64,000 nucleotides of DNA from Balanoglossus misakiensis (taxonomy: Eukaryota; Animalia; Hemichordata): NCBI GenBank assembly GCA_040954595.2, contig CM082578.2, forward strand, positions 13,980,304 through 14,044,303. Direction: 5' to 3'. The translations under genes were made by a program, and so were the position numbers. Below are positions 60,881 through 64,000 of the stretch, piece after piece. Positions within the stretch are counted from its first letter, which is position 1, and each line of letters starts with the position of its first letter. The notes beneath the pieces are model-generated. The model had not been told where the DNA came from. It saw only the letters and a program-made list of their open reading frames with translations, and ran no database searches.

Positions 60881-63660
60881 ATGGCACACTTGACTTGCTG
60901 TGTCTGTGAAACATTAAAATTGGTGGATTTGCACCATTATAAAAGTTAATGGATATCGACAACTCTGCAAGTTACTCAATCTCTAGATAGGATGTACTGA
61001 GTGAAATATGATTTGTTATCCCTATTTCGCGCATAGTACCACACCAGACTTTAATTTGAGGATTTTCCTCCAAGCTATTCTTGCGATGATTGTAGTTTAT
61101 GATGTTCATTAATTGCTCTGAAAAATGGTACATTTAATGACCAATTTCACACTTGCCACAAATTAGAATGACAAAGTGGCAATTATCTCATGCACTTAAC
61201 GATCCAATCTAATTTGTTGTAGGTTGCACTTTCATCAACAACAGGATGTGTTCTGGGGAAGACTCCTACCCAGAAAATGTAATTACAAACTTTTAATTTA
61301 CATCTAATAAATTTGATATAAGGTGACTATAAATTTTACATGAGGGTGAAAAGAGGGACTTGGAAAGTAAGCAACACATTTACTCGATCTTCAACAATTA
61401 CTGGCACAATTTTTGTCTACTATACCACTTATTAGTATATCCAATCCACAATGTTTTGTGAATGGATTTTCATCTTCCATTAACCCTTATATACTTAAAT
61501 TATATTTCACATTCTCTCATTGGCTTGCATGTATTGCATTAGATCTAATTCCAGAGGATAAATGCAGAACCATATTCTGAAAATAACAATTGATTCTTTC
61601 TTTGAAAGATTGTCTCATTCAGTTTTAAGGTTATTTATGGAGTTAAATTTATGTACAACCTTTCAACTTTGCAACAAAAGGATAATATTTCAAAATATCC
61701 CTTGTGGCTGCCATTATACTACATCTAAAATAGATTTCTCTTCAGTTCTGACAATATAAAATATAGCGTGCAACATGTAGTACGTGTCATTGCATAATAG
61801 ATTTACAAAATCTGTTGCATCTGAAAACTAGTGCCAAGTACTGCTCATAAAACTGCCACAGCAACTTGCTCTGATAAAATCTAGCCCCAGCTGAAAATAA
61901 GTTTGCTTAGAATGTGTTAACAGATAAAGGTTTGAGAGTTCTACTATGAAAAGTTGCTATTAGACATCATGGCTTAGTTAATAATACCAGTAGTTAAAAA
62001 ACAATCAATGAAATACTTCCACTGGATCAATAAACAAACCTTCAAGTGTATTTTCATAAATGTAGGAATTGAAAACATAGGAACAAAACACTAGAAAAAC
62101 TACACAAATAGGGTCTGGCAGCAATCATCAAATGATAACCTCTGCAGTGGTAACTAGTTGCTATTGAGTAATTGGCGGGGAGGTGCCCACGCTTGTTGAT
62201 CCACCACCCCCTACAATGTTGTGGTTTAGCCAAGCGTCACTGTTATATAGATTGGCGCGGTACAAAGTGCAGCCCTGTGAGGATTTAATACTTGGTTCTA
62301 TTTGCTGTGGGAACAATGTGTATCGTAATTTCTGAACTTCGCATGTGTCGGGCTGACAGATGTGTGCCGGTGGGAGGTACTTCAACCATAAGATAAAAAC
62401 CAAGGACAGGTAATATGACTCAAACAATTACAATTAGCTACCTGTTGACAGTTTTGTGAAAGGTGCTTAGCAAGCAAACAAGTACTGGCTGCAGTTGCAC
62501 CATACATGTGGTTTACAGTCATTGCGTCTATGTGACTGAACAAGATAGACTATTTTGGTAAGTTTTGTGCATTTGTCTTATCTGTGTGGATCTTTAGAAA
62601 AGTGGGTCACATTTCTGAGTTTCCACGTACAAACAACCCTTGTGCAATCTTTTCAAATATGTGTAGATTGTAGTTACTTTGTGCTCTTGGGCACAAGAGG
62701 CATACCAGTACTATAGTCATTCTTCTCTAAATCGTTCTTCAGTTCTGTATGGTAAATTTCGTTAAAAGGATAAACCCGCAAATTGTGTCTTGACTATACA
62801 AAATATGTCAACACCCATGATACTGGCCCAATATGCATAGCAAGAAGCAAGTATAAGTATGTGTTCCCTACAGATCAACTGAAACTTTCTGAATTCCAGT
62901 GTAGATCTCCCAGCAATAGTTGAGTAAAACTTTCCTTTTAGCCAAACTGTACACTCAAACATACAAAAAAGAACTTCTTCCATGTGACCGACTACTAAAT
63001 ATAGTCAAGAATTTCTACTAAAGCCACAACATGAGCATGCTTGACAATATCAACAATTCAACCCATCCGGCCAAGGTAATAGTATATGTCATTCATTGTG
63101 TTGTAGACTATCAGTGCATTGGAGTCATGGCCTGGCTATTCAGAAAATAACAGGAAGATTGTGGCGCGAAAATGACAAGTTGGTTCCTCATGTTGCCATT
63201 TCTGCATATATCCTGTGAGTTTAAATGAGGTCCCCTGTGCCTAACCCTGTAAACTATATCTGGGTGTAGGAGGGACAAAGTGGTATTTCCGATGTAGGTT
63301 GCATTGAATTCAGGCATACATGTAGCAATCAGGAGATTGAATTCCAAGTGCCGTCAAGTTGCGTAATACAAAATGGTAGTCCTTTGTAAGTTCTATCCCA
63401 GTTGAGCAAACTTTGATGTATATTTGCGGCGGATACCAACTGTTGCTGGAATTCAGTATGAACCCAAACACATAGCTTTAGACCGCAAGGCAAAACACCA
63501 TAACAATTGCTTTTTGTAGACTACAATGTACATAGCCACTGGTATATTAGCAAAACACTTTGTCACTGCGTCAGTAACTACCAGTATTTGCCACCCAGAT
63601 GATTATTGGATTTAGGTGATGAAATGTTGCATTGGTTCTTGCTTATGATGCTTCAATAAA
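60881..63660 (+). pseudogene. decayed Toll-like receptor pseudogene (LRR-LRRCT-TM-TIR)
   Basis: ETLKLVDLHH; LIALKNGTFND..SGNYL (61109-61198); NHILKITIDSFFERL; DLQNLLHLK; INKQTFK; GLQSLRLCD; IFSNMCRL*LL. LRRCT EFQCRSPSN..LSF*PNC (62891-62950); TM-like VIVYVIHCVV..IGVMAWLFRK; TIR-like NCC/EFSM, HIALDR/RQNTITIAF, ISKTLCHCVSNYQYL (63440-63590). Confidence 0.55.
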
Positions 63661-64000
63661 TTACCCTATTCATATAAATTACTTTCTGAAGTCCTTTGAT
63701 CCACATGTGTTATCAGTGGACTGTAGCATAAACTTCCGCGCATCCCAACTTCAGAAGATGAGTTATGACTGACATTGTCACCCCTTTCAATGGGTTTTAC
63801 GCATGTATTGTAACAGTTGAGTCACCACATTGATTCTAACTATTACTATGTAGTTTGACAAGGTTGTAAAAATTCCTATTTATTCTGGTGACATATATCA
63901 AGTCTGAGAAACCATGAAACATCCATTTTATAAGACAAGATAATTTGACAGGACTGAGGTCATCATAGATTAAGCATCAAGTGGTAACACACTCTCATTA

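Noticed and set aside
1-64000. CRISPR arrays, rRNA/tRNA genes, prokaryotic operons or autonomous transposases
   Set aside because: No repeat-spacer periodicity, no recognisable structural RNA and no long transposase or RT ORF; the sequence is eukaryotic.

Overview
AT-rich eukaryotic genomic DNA, not prokaryotic. The gene content suggests a marine invertebrate, probably a non-vertebrate deuterostome such as a hemichordate or echinoderm (inference). The only clearly intact genes are seven single-coding-exon class A (rhodopsin-like) GPCRs on the + strand: one peptide-receptor-like gene (34425-35465, G0) and a tandem array of six orphan paralogues (43705-57867, G1-G6). G1-G6 share an unusual polar pocket, a minimal ECL2, loss of the canonical Na+ pocket and toggle-switch residues, and a post-helix-8 VxP motif; there is a gene-conversion tract between G5 and G6. 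Manual multi-frame reading suggests that much of the apparent junk around and between these genes consists of heavily decayed, mostly intronless LRR or Toll-like receptor pseudogenes (about 10-12 segments on both strands, several with LRRCT, TM and TIR remnants). There is also a probable decayed GPCR pseudogene, several MITEs (PIF/Harbinger-type with TTA TSD, piggyBac-type with TTAA) and microsatellites. Pseudogene boundaries are approximate and rest on motif recognition across frameshifts; no profile searches were run.
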